Shown: positions 36,654-50,448, counted from the stretch's first letter. The stretch is DNA of 64,000 nt from Squalus acanthias (GCA_030390025.1 CM059432.1:69070001-69134000); one strand, 5' to 3'. Numbers and translations are program-made. The notes: generated by a model from the sequence alone, not told the origin.

Positions 36654-38457
36654 GTCCTTTACAGTCAGAGACGGGAGAATTTATAATGGGGAATGAGGAA
36701 ATGGCTGAGAAATGAAATAAATACTTTGTTTCTGTCTTCACGGAGGAAGACACAAAAAACCTCCCAGAAATACGAGAAAACCAAGGGTGGGGCGAGAATG
36801 AGGAACTTAAAGAAATTATTATTAGTAAAAAAACAGTACTAGCAAAATTAATGGGACTAAAAGTCGATAAATCTTAAGGACTGGATGACCTACATCCTAG
36901 GGTTTTGAAAGAGGTGGCCATTAGGATAGTGGATGCATTGGTTGTCATCTTCCAAAATTCTATAGATTCTGGAACGGTTCCTGCAGATTGGAGGATAGCA
37001 AATGTAACCCCACTATTTAAGAAAGGAGGGAGAGAGAAAACGGGGAACTACAGACTTGTTAGCCTCACATCAGTAGTTGGGAAAATGCTGGAATCTATTA
37101 TAAAGGATGCAATAACTGGGCACTTAGAAACTAATAGTAAGATTGGGCAGAGTCAACATGGATTTGTGAAAGGGAAGTCCTGTTTGACAAACCTATTGCA
37201 GTTCTTTGAGGATGTAACTAGTGGAGTAGACAAAGGGGAACCGGTAGATGTGGTGTATTTGGATTTTCACAAGGCCTTTGATAAGGTCCCACAAAAGAGG
37301 TTGGTGAACAAAATTAGGGCACATGGAATTGGGGGTAATATACCAGCATGGGTTGAGAATTGGTTAACAGACAGAAAACAAAGAGTAGGGATAAACGGGT
37401 CTTTTTCAGGATGGCAGGCTGTGACTAGTGGGGTACCGCAAGGATCAGTGCTTGGGCCCCAGCTATTCACAATCTATATCAATGATTTGGATGAGGGGAC
37501 TAAATGTAACATTTCCAAATTTGCTGATGACACAAAGCTAGGTGGCAGTGTCAGTTGCGAAGAGGATGTGAAGAGGCTTCAAGGGGATCTCGACAGGCTC
37601 AGTGAGTCGGCGAGAACATGGCAGATGGATTATAATGTGGATAAATGGGAAGTTATCCACTTTGGTAGAAAAAACAGAAAGGCAGAGTATTTCCTAAATG
37701 GTGAAAGACTGGGGAATGCAGATGCTCAAAGGGACCTGGGTGTCCTTGTACATGAGTCACTGAAAGTGAAAGTGCAGGTGCAGCAAGCCATTAGGAAGGC
37801 AAATGGTATGCTGGCCTTCATTACAAGAGGATTTGAGTACAGGAGTAAAGAAGTCTTACTCCAATTATATAGGGCCTTGGTGAGACCACACCTGGAGTAC
37901 TGTGTACAATTTTGGTCTCCTTACCTAAGGAAGGATATATTTGCCATAGAGGGAGTGCAACGAAGGTTCACGAGATTGATTCCTGGGATGGAGGGACTGT
38001 CATATGAGAAGAGATTGAGTAAACTAGGCCTGTATTCTCTTGAATTCAGAAGAATGAGAGGGGATCTCATTTAAGCATACAAAATTATTACAGGGCTTGA
38101 TAGGATGGATGCTGGGAGAATGTTTCCCTTTGCTGGGGAGTCTAGAACCAGGGGCCACAGCCTCAGGATAAAGGGTAGGCCATTCAGGACTGAGATGAGA
38201 AGAAATTTCTTCACACAGAGAGTGGTGAATTTTTGGAATTCTATACCCCAGAGGGTTGTGGAGGCTCAGTCATTGGGTATATTTAAAACAGAAGTCGATA
38301 GATTTCTGACTAGTAAGGGCATCAAAGGATATGGCAATAAGGCCGGTGAATGGAATTGAGGCAGAAGATCAGCCATGATCTCATTGAATGGCAGAGCAGG
38401 CTCGAAGGGCCGAATGGCCTACTCCTGCTCCTATTTCTTATGTTCTTATGTTCTTAT
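36654..38457 (+). mobile_element. CR1 (5'-truncated) inserted in the Gypsy 3' LTR
   Basis: ORF 36905-38074 is a 389-aa RT; (TTCTTATG)n tail; TSD GACAG at 36649-36653 and 38458-38462. Confidence 0.95.
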
Positions 38458-38564
38458 GACAGAGACACGAAAAGTTGCTGGTCAAGATGCTTGTTTACTA
38501 AGCCAATGCGAACTGAGCATGCTCATACTAAACCATGTGACAAACTATGTGATAATACATTACA

Positions 38565-40331
38565 ATAACGGGAGGAGGAGGCTCCATGAATATCCCCATC
38601 CTCAATGATGGTGGAGCCCAGCACGCAAAGTGCAAAAGACAAGGCTGAAGCGTTTGCAACCATCTTCAGCCAGAAGTGCCGAGTGGATGATCCATATCAG
38701 CCTCCTCCTGAGGTCCCAACCATCACAGAAGCCAGTCTTCAGCCAATTCGATTCACTCCACTTGATATCAAGAAACAGCTGAGCACTCTTGCTACAGCAA
38801 AGGCTATGGGCCCCGACAACATCCCGGCTATCGTGCTGATGAGTTGTGCTCCAGAACTAGCCGCACCTCTAGCCAAGCTGTTCCAGTACAGCTACAACAC
38901 TGGTATCTACCCGACAATGTGGAAAACTGCCCAGATATGTCCTGCCCACAAAAAGCAGAACAAATCCAATCCAGCCAATTACTGCCCCATCAGTCTACTC
39001 TGAATCACCAGCAAAGTGATGGAAGGTGTCGTCAACAGTGCTATCAAGCGGCACTTACTCACCAATAACCTGCTCACCGATGCTCAGTCTGGGTTCCGCC
39101 AGGACCACTCGGCTCCAAACCTCATTATAGCCTTGGTCCAAACATGGACAAAAGAGCTGAATTCCAGAGGTGAGGTGAGAGTGACTGCCCTTGACATCAA
39201 GGCAGCATTTGACCAAGTGTGACATCAGGAGCTCGAGTAAAATTGAAGTCAATGGGAATCAGGGAGAAAACTCTCCACTGGCTGGAGTCATATTTAACAC
39301 AAAGGAAGATGGTTGTGGTTGTTGGAGGTCAAGCATTTCAGCCCCAGGACATCACTGCAGGAGTTCCTCAGGGCAGTGTCCTAGGCCCAACCATCTTCAG
39401 CTGTTTCATCAATGACCTTCCCTCCATCATAAGGTGGGGATGTTCGCTGATGATTGGACAGTGTCCAGTTCCATTCGCAACTCCTCAGAAAATGAAGCAG
39501 TTCATGCCTGGACGACATTCAGGCTTGGGCTGATAAGTGGCAAGTAACATTCGCACCACACAAGTGCCAGGCAATGACCATCTCCAACAAGCGAGAGTCT
39601 AACCACCTCCCCTTAATATTCAACGGCATTACCATCGCCGAATCTCCCACCATCAACATCCTGGGGGTCACCATTGACCAGAAACTTAACTGGACCAGCC
39701 ACATAAAGACTGTGGCAACAAGAACTGGTCAGAGGCTGGGTATTCTGCGGTGAGTGTCTCACCTCCTGACTCCCCAAAGCCTCTCCACCATCTACAAGGC
39801 ACAAGTCAGGAGTGTGATTGAATACTCTCCACTTGCCTGGATGAGTGCAGCTCCAACAACACTCAAGAAGCTCGACACCATCCAGGACAAAGCAGCCCGC
39901 TTGATTGGCACCCCATTCACCACCTTCAACATGCACTCCCTTCACCACCGGCGGATTGTGACTGCAGTGTGTACCATCTACAAGATGCACTGCAGCAACT
40001 CGCCACGGCTTCTTCAGCAGCACCTCCCAAACCCGTGACCTCTTCCACCTAGAAAGACAAGGGCAGCAAGTGCATGGGAACACCATCACCTGCAAGTTCC
40101 CCTTCAAGTTACACACCATCCTGACTTGGAAATATATTGCTGTTCCTTCATCGTCACTGGGTCAAAATCCTGGAACTCCCTCCCTAACAGCACTGTGGGA
40201 GTACCTTCACCACAAGGACTGCAGCTGTTCAAGAAGGTGGCTCAGCACCACCTTCTCAAGGGCAATTAGGGATGGGCAATAAATGCTGGCCTTGCCAGCG
40301 ACATCCACATCCTGTGAAGGAATAGAATAAA
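38565..40331 (+). mobile_element. Poly(A)-tailed APE-RT LINE (same family as 10975-14008), 5'-truncated, at the LTR/PPT boundary
   Basis: Aligns with about 12232-14008; TSD ATTACA at 38559-38564 and 40332-40337. Confidence 0.92.
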
Positions 40332-40603
40332 ATTACACTGCTTTCCCCTTTAAAAAAATGTACATATTCCCCTCTCAAATACAACAAAACTATGGTCCCA
40401 CCTTTCCCAGAATTACATGTACCACATAACAGAAACTCCTGGCTTTTTTTCTTTCAAATCAACTATAAATGCTACAAATGAACTATAAATCCAGTTTAAT
40501 AACAGGTTTGCAGAGCCTTCTTGATCTCCTTACAAAAGGTTTTGGTGTTGAACTAATTTTCGGGCTGTTTTGTTCTGGTTCCGAACTCAAAGATGATCAT
40601 AAC

Positions 40604-43002
40604 AACATAAGAATATAAGAAATAGGAGCAGGAATAGGCCACTTGACCGCTCGAGCCTGCTCCGCCATTCAATAAGATCATGGCTGATCTTGGGCTCAAA
40701 GCCACTTCCCTGCCCACTCCCCATAACCCTTCACTCCATTATCTTGTGAAAATCTGTCTATTTCCACCTTAAATGTATTTAATGACCCAGCCTCCACGGC
40801 TCTCTGGGGCAGAGAATTCCACAGATTTACAACCTTCTGAGAGAAGAAATTCCTTCTCATCTCAGTTCTAAAAGGATTCTGAAACTATGCCCCCGAGTTC
40901 TAGATTTCCCCATGAGGGGAAACATCCTCTCTGCATCTACCTTGTTGAGCCCCTTCAGTATCTTATATGTTTCAATAAGATCACCTCTCATTCTTCTAAA
41001 TTCCAATGAGTATAGGCCCAACCTGCTCAACCTTTCTTCATAAGTCAACCCCCTCATCTCAGGAATCAACCGTGTGAATCGTCTCTGAACTGCCTCCAAT
41101 GCAAGTATATCCTTCCTTAAATAAGGAGACCAAAACTGTACGCAGTACTCAAGGTGTGGTCTCACTAATACCCTGTACAGTTGTAGCAGGACTTCCCTGC
41201 TTTTATACTCCAACCCCCTTGCAATAAAGGCCAACATTCCATTTGCCTTTTTGATTACTTGCAGCACCTGCATGCTAACTTTTTGTGTTTCATGCGCAAG
41301 GACCCCCAGGTCCCTCTGAACTGTAGCATTTTGTAATCTCTCTCCATTTAAATAATAATTTGCTTTTTTATTTTTCCTGCCAAAGTAGAAAACCTCGGAC
41401 TTTCCCACATTATACTCCATCTGCCAAATGTTTGCCCACTCACTTAGCCTGTCTATATCCCTTTGCAGATTCTTTGAGTCCTCTGCACAACTTGCTTTCC
41501 CACCCATCTTTGTATCATCTGCAAACTTGGCTACATTACACTCGGTCCCATCATCCAAATCATTAGTGTAGATTGTAAATAGTTGAGGCCCCAGCACCGA
41601 TCCCTGTGGCACCCTACTAGTTACCGTTTGCCAACCGGAAAATTACCCATTAATCCCGATTCTCTGCCTTCTGTTAGTTAGCCAATTCTCTATCCATGCT
41701 AATATATTACCCCCAACTCTGTGAGCTCTTATCTTATGCAGTAACCTTTTATGTGGCACCTTATCGAATGCCTTCTGGAAATCCAAATACACCACATCCA
41801 CTGGCTCACACTTATCCACCCTGCTCGTTACCTCCTCAAAGAACTCCAGCAAATTTGTCAAACATGATTTCCCTTTCATAAAACCATGCTGACTCTGCTT
41901 GACTGCATTATGATTTTCCAAATGCCCTGCTACTGCTTCCTTAATGAAGGACTCCAGCATTTTCCCAATGACAGATGTTAGGCTAACTGGTCTATAGTTT
42001 CCTGCTTTCTGTCTCCCTCCTTTCTTAAATAGGGGTGTTACATTTGCGGTTTTCCAATCCACTGGGACCTCTCCAGAGTCCAGGGAATTTTGGTATATTG
42101 CAACCAATGCATCCACTATCTCTGCAGCCACTTCTTTTAAGACCCTGGGATGCTGGCCATCTGGTCCAGGGGACTCGTCGTCTTTTAGTCCCATTATTTT
42201 ACCAAGTGCTTTTTCCTTAGTGATAGTGATTGTCATTTGTTCCCCCCTCCCTGTGGCCCCTTGATTGTCCTTTATTGGGATGTTGTTAGTTTCCTCTACC
42301 GTGAAGACAGATACAAAATATGTGTTCAGAGTCTCTGCCATTTCCCCGTTCTCTATTATTAATTCCCCATTCTCATCCTCTAAAGGACCAACGTTTACTT
42401 TAGCTACTCTCTTCCTTTTTATATACCTGTAGAAGCTCTTACTTTCTGTTTTAATATTTCTTGCCAGTTTACTCTCATAATTCATCTTCTCTCTCTATTA
42501 TTTTTTAGTCATCCTTTGCTGGTTTTTAAAAATTTCCCAATCCTCTGGCCTCCCACCAATCTTGGCAACATTGTGTGCCATCGTTTTCAATTTGATACCA
42601 TCCTTTACTTCCTTAGTTAGCCATGGATAGTGCTCCCTTCTCTTTAAATCTTTCTTTCTCACTGGAATATATTTTTGTTGAGAGTTATAAAATATCACCT
42701 TAAATGTCCGCCACTGCATTTCAACTGTCTTACCTTTTAATTTATTTTTCCAGTCCACCTTAGCCAGTTCTGCCCTCATGCCATTGTAATTGCCTTTGTT
42801 TAGGATCAGGACACTGGTTTGAGATACAACTTTCTCAAACTCCAACTGAATTTGAAATTCAACCATGTTATTATGATCACTCTTTCCTAGAGGATCCTTT
42901 ACTATGAGATCATTTATTAATTCTGTCTCATTACACAGTACCAGATCCAAGATAGCCTGCTCCCTGGTTGGTTCCATTACATACTGTTCTAGGAAACCAT
43001 CC
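40604..43002 (-). mobile_element. CR1 (5'-truncated) inserted in the Gypsy 3' region
   Basis: ORFs 42498-42977, 41643-42485 and 40857-41612 cover the APE C-terminus to RT; tail at about 40604. Confidence 0.95.
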
Positions 43003-43029
43003 TGTTTCTATCTCAGATTTGTTTGAACC

Positions 43030-46009
43030 TGGTACTTCAGTTTCTGAAGTCTGAAGTCTGAATGGAGTCAAACTCATGTATGTGTTCATGATCAAGTAGT
43101 TCAAGATCACGTCTTGGTTCATCTCTAGCAGAGATCATTTGATCTACATGAACACTTTGGATGTTGTCACCAATTTCAACCAAATATCTCTTGGTTCCAC
43201 CAACCTCTACTATGGTTGCTATATCTCACTTGTGTGAACTCGACTTGCCAGGGGGACTGAGAACATGAACACACTCGTTTTGTCTGAAACTGCATTCGTT
43301 CTGATTGCTGTCATCATAACGTTTCTGACTCAACTGTTTCTGTTCAACTCTTGAGGCCAAATTTGGTTGAACAAGACTCAATCGTGTTCTCAATCTCCTC
43401 TTCATCAAGAGTTCTGCTGGGGTATATCCAGTTGTAGTGTGCGGAGCAATTCTGTACTTCAGCAAGAAATTTGCCAAACGTTGCTTCATGCTGAGTCCCA
43501 AACAACCCTGCAACACTTGCTTTTTGAGAGCTTTTTTTTACTATTCTGACTGACCTTTCGGCTGCTCCGTTTGAAGCTGTATGATATGGTGGAACGAGAG
43601 TGTGCTTGATACCATTCCATTTCTTGAACTCTTGGAATAGAGCAGAATGGAACTGAGCAAGTTCTTCAGGTAAGCCATGACATGTGAAGATAGACCGCAA
43701 TCATCTATGATACGTTCAGTTGTAGTATTTGAACCCATGCGATTCACTTCAATCCATTTTGAGTGACTATCTACAAGTACCAGGAAATAATCATTTACTT
43801 TCTCACAGAAGTCTACATGTACTCTCTGAAAATGTCTACTTGGCCATGACCAGGGTTGTAGTGGAGTTTTGGGTCGTTTGTTTCTGCAATTTTGGCAAAT
43901 GCTGCATTTGCTGACAAATGATTCAAGATCACTGTCCAATCCAGGCCAGTAAACAAAGCTTCTTGCAATTGATTTCATACTGACAATCCCTGAATGTTTA
44001 GTATGAAGTTCAGCCAGAATTCTATCTCTCAAAGCAATAGGTACCACCACTCTGTTTCCCCACTTGATACAACTTTACTCACAAGACAATTCAGTACGAC
44101 GGTTATGGAATGGTTTCAATTCTGTGTCCCTACACTGATCAGTCCATCCATTCAAGGTGTTTTCATATACCCTTTTCAGTACTGAGTCCTTTTGAGTTTC
44201 ATTTGCAATCTCAGTTGCATTCACAGGAAAGTCTTTGTCAACTGCACCTAGCGTGAAAATCTCACCTTCACTCCCAACACATGAGTCTTCATGTGGCAAC
44301 CTGGACAAGGCATCTGCGATTACGTTTTGCTTTGAAGTGCAATATTCAATCGTGTAGTCATATAGTGACAACAACGCTGCCCAATGTTGCATTCTTGATG
44401 CGGCCATTACAGGGATGGCAGATTTGGGCCCTAATACTGCAAGGAGTGGTTTGTGATCGGTTATCAGGGTGAACTTTCTGCCGATCAGGATCTGTTGGAA
44501 TTTCTTGATTCCAAACACTATGGCGAGTGCTTCCTTTTCAATTTGCACGTAGTTTCTTTCGCTCTTTGTGAGGGTTTGTGATGCGAATGCAATTGGTTTC
44601 TCTTGGCCGTTATTTATTACGTGGTTTATGACAGCTCCCACACCATAGCTAGAAGCATCACCCGCTAACTTAAGATCACGCTCTGTGTTGTTGTGCACAA
44701 GTAGAGCATTGCGAGAGAGATTTCTCTTAGAAGCGTCGTAAGCTTCCTGTTGCGCTTTTGTCCACTTCCACTGGACATTCTTCTTGAGGAGCTCGTGCAA
44801 TGGAGCTAACATGGCCGCCAACTCAGGTAAGAAACGTGCGTAGTACTGGACTATTCCAAGGAAAGATCTTAATTCAGACACATTCTGTGGCTTTGGAGCA
44901 TTGGTGACAGCATCAACCTTTTCCTTCACTGGTTGCAAGCCATTTGCATCAACTTTCAGACCAAGGTATACAACCACGGGCTGCACAAAAGCACATTTGC
45001 TCCTTTTTAATTTGACATTGTGGGAATTCAACCTTTGAAGCACTAATTCTAAAACTTCTAGATTTTCTTCCTCGCTGCTTGTTGCGATCAGCACATCGTC
45101 TTAATTGCAACAGTGACTCCACTTCAAAAGTACTTCATTGGTTGTAAAGCGCTTTGAGACGTCCGGTGGTCGTGAAAGGCGCTATATAAATGCAAGTCTT
45201 TCTTTCTTTCTTTCATAAACAATTTGGAATTCCTTGCAAAATCTTATCCATCGTAGCCTGGAAGATTTTGGGGGAGGAATTTACAACGTACGGCAGCTTG
45301 GTGTATGAGTACAGTCCCTTGTGTGTGTTGATAGTGAGATACTGTTGACTCTCTTTGTCAACATTCAGCTGAGCGTAAGCGTGCAACAGGTCAAGCTTAG
45401 AGAAAACCTTGGACCCAGAGAGTGCTGCATACAAATCTTGCGATGTAGGTAATGGGTACTGCTCATCTGCTTCGTTGATAGTAACATTGTAGTCACCGCA
45501 CAAGCGTACAGTTTTGTCTGCTTTGGGCACTACCACCATCGGGGTAGCCCATTCACTTTTGTCAATTTTTAATAGCACTCCATTCTCTTACAGTTTCTCT
45601 AGCTCTTCCTCCACCTGACTTTTCAACGCATAGGGGACTGGCTTTACCTTACAGTAGACAGGCTTCGCATTGGACTTGATGCGGATATGTGCATCATACC
45701 CAGTGATGCCCTCATAACTGTTTAAGAGCATGCTTTTATATTTGTTCAGCATTGTGTCGAGTTGCTTCTTGAAGCATCTACATTGAAGATGTTTTTCCAG
45801 TCTAGTTTTAACTTTCTCAACCAGTCTTTGCCCATGAGGGTTGACCTGTTATCGTAGCTCGCTACAATAATAGGCAGCTTTACTGACTGGCCATTGTGTT
45901 GAACTGTACATTCCATTTGTCCACATGTCTATAGGATTTCTCCGGAGTAGGTTTTTAACTCTATGGTACTCCTTGTAAGTGATATTTGATTAAACTTACT
46001 CTCATATGT
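43030..46009 (-). pseudogene. pol: Gypsy pol (RT, RNase H, integrase), disrupted
   Basis: WATPMVVVPK..VRLCGDY; DASSYGVGAV..EKEALA..TDHKPL; H..H/C..C zinc motif; RVHVDF; SNGAAER; several frameshifts and stops. Confidence 0.92.
45109..45214 (+). mobile_element. DeuSINE 3' fragment inserted next to the Gypsy RT DD motif
   Basis: ACAGTGACTCCACTTCAAAAG...GCGCTATATAAATGCAAGT(CTTT)n. Confidence 0.85.
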
Positions 46010-47047
46010 TTACTTACTCATGATAGAGCAGTCCGCCGTTGTGTCGATACACATATCAATATATTGGTCATTGATCAAAAGTATTGTATGGAAGTCTTTC
46101 TCACGACTGCTAGCATTGCCACTGGTGGCATAGATACTATAGATGCCTAGTTCTTCAACATCAGGTGTGTTCACTTCAATATTGTGAATTCCTCCTTTTT
46201 GTTGTCGCTGCTTTGCATTGCCACTAGAATAGTTCTTACTTCCTGCTTTAGATCTAGCTCTGCAAGCTGTTGAAATATGGCCTTGCTTCTGGCAGTGAAA
46301 ACACTTTGCATTTCTGTATTGGCAGGACTGTGGTGAGTGATTTCCATTGCAGCGATAACAATTCACTGAACTACTCTCACCAACATGCTTTTGACTTGGT
46401 CTCACAACTTTAGGTTTGGCGGTGGCTTTGTGACTGTAGACCTTAGCTGCACTAGTCACTTGAGTTGGACAGAGCTCCCTAGCATTCTTAGACACCATCT
46501 CCAGAGATAGGGCAATTTTGCATGCTATGTCAAACGTTACGTTCGGAGTGTTCAGTAATTTGGACTGTGTGCGCTCTTCCACCAGTCCACACACAAACTT
46601 ATCTCGCAAGGCACGATCCAAAAATGTGCCGAAGTTACAATGCAAAGACAGGTTCTTAAGAGCTACAATGTACTCACTGATGATTTCACTTTCTTTTTGG
46701 TTTCTGGTACCAAACTTATAGCTCTCTGCTATTTCTAATGGCTTTGGGTCAAAATGGTCCTCAAGTTTCTCGACAATGTCTTCAAATGACGCATCCTTCA
46801 CTTTCCCTGGCGCGAGTAGATTTGTTAACGTTCCGTAGACATCTAGCCCGATCTCCATTAGAAAAATTGCTTTTTTACGTTCATAAATTACTTTATTTTC
46901 TGCTTGAACATTCTCATCTGCACCTTCGGTCTCAATGATGTTATTGGCCTTAAAAAACATCTCGGTCCGCTCAATGTAAGAACTGAATGGTTCGCAAGCT
47001 GAGTCATACATGCCGAGGCTTCCAATGAATCTCGTAGGTGCGGCCAT
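46010..47047 (-). CDS. gag: Gypsy gag with two CCHC zinc knuckles and the start of the protease
   Basis: RNQKESE..LKNLSLHCNFG..LRDKFVCG; CYRCNGNHSPQSC; CFHCQKQGHISTAC; IDTTA. The likely ATG is at 47047, because the ORF extension upstream runs into the MITE. Confidence 0.85.
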   Translation of the reverse strand: MAAPTRFIGSLGMYDSACEPFSSYIERTEMFFKANNIIETEGADENVQAENKVIYERKKAIFLMEIGLDVYGTLTNLLAPGKVKDASFEDIVEKLEDHFDPKPLEIAESYKFGTRNQKESEIISEYIVALKNLSLHCNFGTFLDRALRDKFVCGLVEERTQSKLLNTPNVTFDIACKIALSLEMVSKNARELCPTQVTSAAKVYSHKATAKPKVVRPSQKHVGESSSVNCYRCNGNHSPQSCQYRNAKCFHCQKQGHISTACRARSKAGSKNYSSGNAKQRQQKGGIHNIEVNTPDVEELGIYSIYATSGNASSREKDFHTILLINDQYIDMCIDTTADCSIMSK

Positions 47048-47072
47048 GGTTATCGCGATCCCATTGAACAGT

Positions 47073-47917
47073 GGGGGTGATTTTGCCAATGGAGGGGACG
47101 TTGGAGGCAGACTGCTGCTTGGCGGGTCGATGTCCCGCCTCCATCAATTTGTGACCAACCCACACTATTTTCCCTTGATTGACCTTGTTAAGCCCACCCA
47201 GCGGGTTTAGCAGGCCAATTAAGGGAACACGGTTACAGAGAACGTCAACGTATTACGTTTCATCTGTCAAAAAATTTTGACAGATGAATTGTCATCGTTT
47301 GACAGCTCTGTGAAGCTGTCAAACACTGACATTCTCTGTAGTTTGATGAGTTCTGGAATTCAAGACCTCATCAAACCTCTTTCTTTTGCAGAAATTAGAT
47401 GGTTGTTGCATTGGAGAATGCAACGGCCATCTGTCATCTCTACCGCGGAGGTGCGAGACTCTCCGCATACCCACCGATTGAAGCCTGCAGGAAGAAACAA
47501 AGATAAGTACACTTTTTCTAACACTTTCCACTTACCTCAGATACTCACCTCTCCACACTTACACCCATCACTTACCTCCACAGCACACTTTTGGACCCCT
47601 CCGACCCCCGCAGACCCACTACTCGCCTCGGTGACCCTGGCGGGGTTTGGAGCCTTTGGGAAGCCCGCACTTATGTGGGTAAAATGGGGATAATCCTCTT
47701 ATCTGCCTGTTAACTACCTGTTAACAGGCAGATAAGTGCACTAATCCCCTTCCCACCTCCAAGGAGACGGGACCCGACGCGGGACGGCTACCCGCTTCCT
47801 GGCAAGATGGCACGGAGGTGGGTTGGGGGCGGGTTGGGCACCCACCCCCAAATTCTGCCATTTTTCTGACAATTCCGCCTCCATACCCGCCTCCCCAGGG
47901 CTGGCAAGATCGCGCCC
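47073..47917 (-). mobile_element. Harbinger-type MITE family B in the Gypsy 5' leader
   Basis: TIRs GGGGGTGATTTTGCC and GGCAAGATCGCGCCC; flanks AGT/AGG; reverse-complement homolog of 53902-54702. Confidence 0.85.
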
Positions 47918-49069
47918 AGGGACTCAGCACGCCACCTGTGTACCTATGAGAATCAATGCCGCTGTTGCTGTGTATACATACATGTAAAAGCGAAGCACAG
48001 ATAATTTTGTATCAGCATCAACAGTAAATTATCGCAAAATATTCCGTTTAGGTGTCACAAATTCACCTTTAACTTTTCCACTCGAAGGTTGAACACTGTG
48101 TCCTTCCATGATCCCTAAAAATAACTTTGGGATCCCATTCTCGTCGCCAAAAAATGTAATGGGTAGAACAAATGAAGGACAGAGACAGGATGAGTTGCTA
48201 GTCAAGGTGCTTGTTTCCAAGGCCAGAGCGAACAGAGCATGCTCATACTATACCATATGACAAACCATGTGATAATATATTACACCTATGAATGAAGAAA
48301 TTCCTCTTCATCTCAGTCTTAAATGGTCGACCACTTATCCTGAGACTATGCCCCGTAGTTCTATACTCACCAGCCAGGGGAAACAACCTCTCAGCAGCTA
48401 CCCTGTCAATCCTCCTCAGTATCTTACATGTTTCAATGAGATCACCTCTCATTCTTCTAAACTCCAGAGAGTATAGGCCCATTCTACTCAATCTCTCCTC
48501 ATAGGATAACCCTCTCATCCCAGGAATCAATCTAGTGAACCTTCGTTGCACCACCTCTAAGGCATGTATGTCCTTCTTCAGATAAGGAGACCCAAAACTG
48601 TGCACAGTACTCCAGGTGTGGTCTCACCAAAGCCCTGTACAATTGCAGCAAGACTTCCTTACTCTTATACTCCAACCCTCGTGCAATAAAGGCCAACATG
48701 CCATTTGCCTTCCTAATTGCTTGCTGTACTTGCATGCTAACTCTCTGTGTTTCCTGTATGAGGACACCTAAATCTCTCTGAAAACCAACATTTAATAGTT
48801 TCTCACCATTTAAAAAATATGCTGTTTTTCCATTCATCCTACCAAAGTGAATAACCTCACATTTCCCCACAATATACTCCATCTGCCATCTTATTGCCCA
48901 CTCACTTCACCTATCTATATCTGTTTGCAGGCTCTTTGTGTCCTCGTCACAGTTTACAGAAAAAGCAGCACCTCATTACATATTCATCTTCTCATTTTCA
49001 TGGACTCCTGTCATGCTTTCATAGAGATGTCCTGGTTATTCCAAAGATGTGATTGGAGAAATCACATCT

Positions 49070-50448
49070 TTGGAATAACCATCCACCACCTTAAACATTC
49101 ACTCTCTCCACCACCGGTGCACCATGGCTGCTGTGTGTAATATCCACAGGATGCACTGCAGCAACTCGCCAAGGCTTCTTCGACAATCTCACATCCTCCA
49201 TCACCTAGAAAGATAGACTTGGATTTATATAGCACCTTTCACAACCTCAGGATGTTCCAAAGCACTTTACAGCCAATGAAGTACTTTTCAAGTGTAGTCA
49301 CTGTTGTAATGTAGGAAAGCGGCAGCCAATTTGCACACAGCAACCTCCTAAAAGGAGCTGTTTGATAATGACCAGATAATCTGTTTTTAGTGATGTTGAT
49401 TGAGGGATAAATATTGGCCAGGATACTGGGAAGAACTCCCCTGCTCTTCTTCAAATAGTGTCATGGGATCTTTTACATACACCTGCGAGAGCAGACGGGG
49501 CCTAGGTTTAACATCCCATCCGAAAAATGGCATCTCTGACAGTGCAGCACTCCCTCAGTACTGCACTGGAGTGTCAGCCTGGATTTTTGTGCCCAATTCT
49601 CTGGACTGGGACTTGAACCCACGACCTTCTAACTCAGAGGCGTGAGTGCTACCCACTGAGCCAAGGAAGGATACATTGGCCTTGGAGGGAGTGCAGTGTC
49701 GGTTTACCAGAATGATACCCGGACTTCAAGGGTTAATTTACAAGGAGAGATTACACAAATTAGGGTTGTATTCCCTGGAATTTAGAGGGTTAAGGAATGA
49801 TCTGATCAAGGTTTTCAAGATAGGAGAGATAGAGAGAAACTATTTCCACTCGTTGGGAATTCTAGGACTAGGGGGCATCATCTAAAAATTAGAGCCAGAC
49901 CTTTCAAGAGTGAAATTAGGAAACACTTCTACACACAAAGGGTGGTAGAAGTTTGGAACTCTCTTCAGCAAATGGCAATTGATGCTAGATCAATTGTTAA
50001 TTTTAAATCAGAGATTGATAGCTTTCTGTTAACCAAAGGTATTAAGGGATATGGGCCAAAGTCAGGTATATGGAGTAGGTCACAGATCAGCCATGATCTC
50101 GTTGAATGGCGTAGCAGGCTCGAGGGGCTGAATGGCCTACTCTCGTTCCTATGTTCCTAAGGCTGACACTGGACAAGGGCAGCAGGTGCATAGGAACACC
50201 ACCACCTCCAAGTTCCTTTCCAAGTCACACACCATCCCGACTTGGGCATATATCGCCGTTCCTTTATTGTCCTGGGTTCAAAATTCTGGAACTCCCAGCT
50301 AACAGCACTGTGGGAGTAACTTCACCACATGGACTGCAGCAGTTCAAGAAAAAGGTTCATCACCACCTTCTCAAGGGCAACTAGGGATGGGCAATAAATG
50401 CTGGCCTTGCCAGCGATGCCCAAATCCCGAGAATGAATTATAAAAAAA
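49070..50448 (+). mobile_element. 3' end of the poly(A) LINE family, containing a minus-strand DeuSINE (about 49212-50172) that itself contains a CR1 3' fragment (49667-50158)
   Basis: The LINE rejoins at CACCTAGAA|GGACAAGGGC. The SINE head rejoins at CCACTGAGCC-AAGG-CTGACACTGG, with AAGG duplicated around the CR1. Confidence 0.85.

Larger units (their letters stand above)
36620..48284 (-). mobile_element. Gypsy (Ty3) LTR retrotransposon with both LTRs, carrying five nested insertions
   Basis: TGT...ACA LTRs of about 130 bp (48155-48284; 36620-36653 plus 38463-38564); 5-bp TSD CCTAT (36615-36619, 48285-48289); PBS TGGCGACGAG (48140-48149); PPT AAAGGGGAAAGCAG (40338-40351); order gag-PR-RT-RH-IN. 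Confidence 0.92.
36390..48950 (-). mobile_element. CR1 3' fragment (36390-36619 and 48285-48950) split by the Gypsy element
   Basis: Tail AAGAACATAAGAA at about 36390. The sequence rejoins as GATTCACAAC-CCTAT-GAATGAAGAAATTCC. ORFs 48243-48605 and 48532-48882 are CR1 ORF2. Confidence 0.88.
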
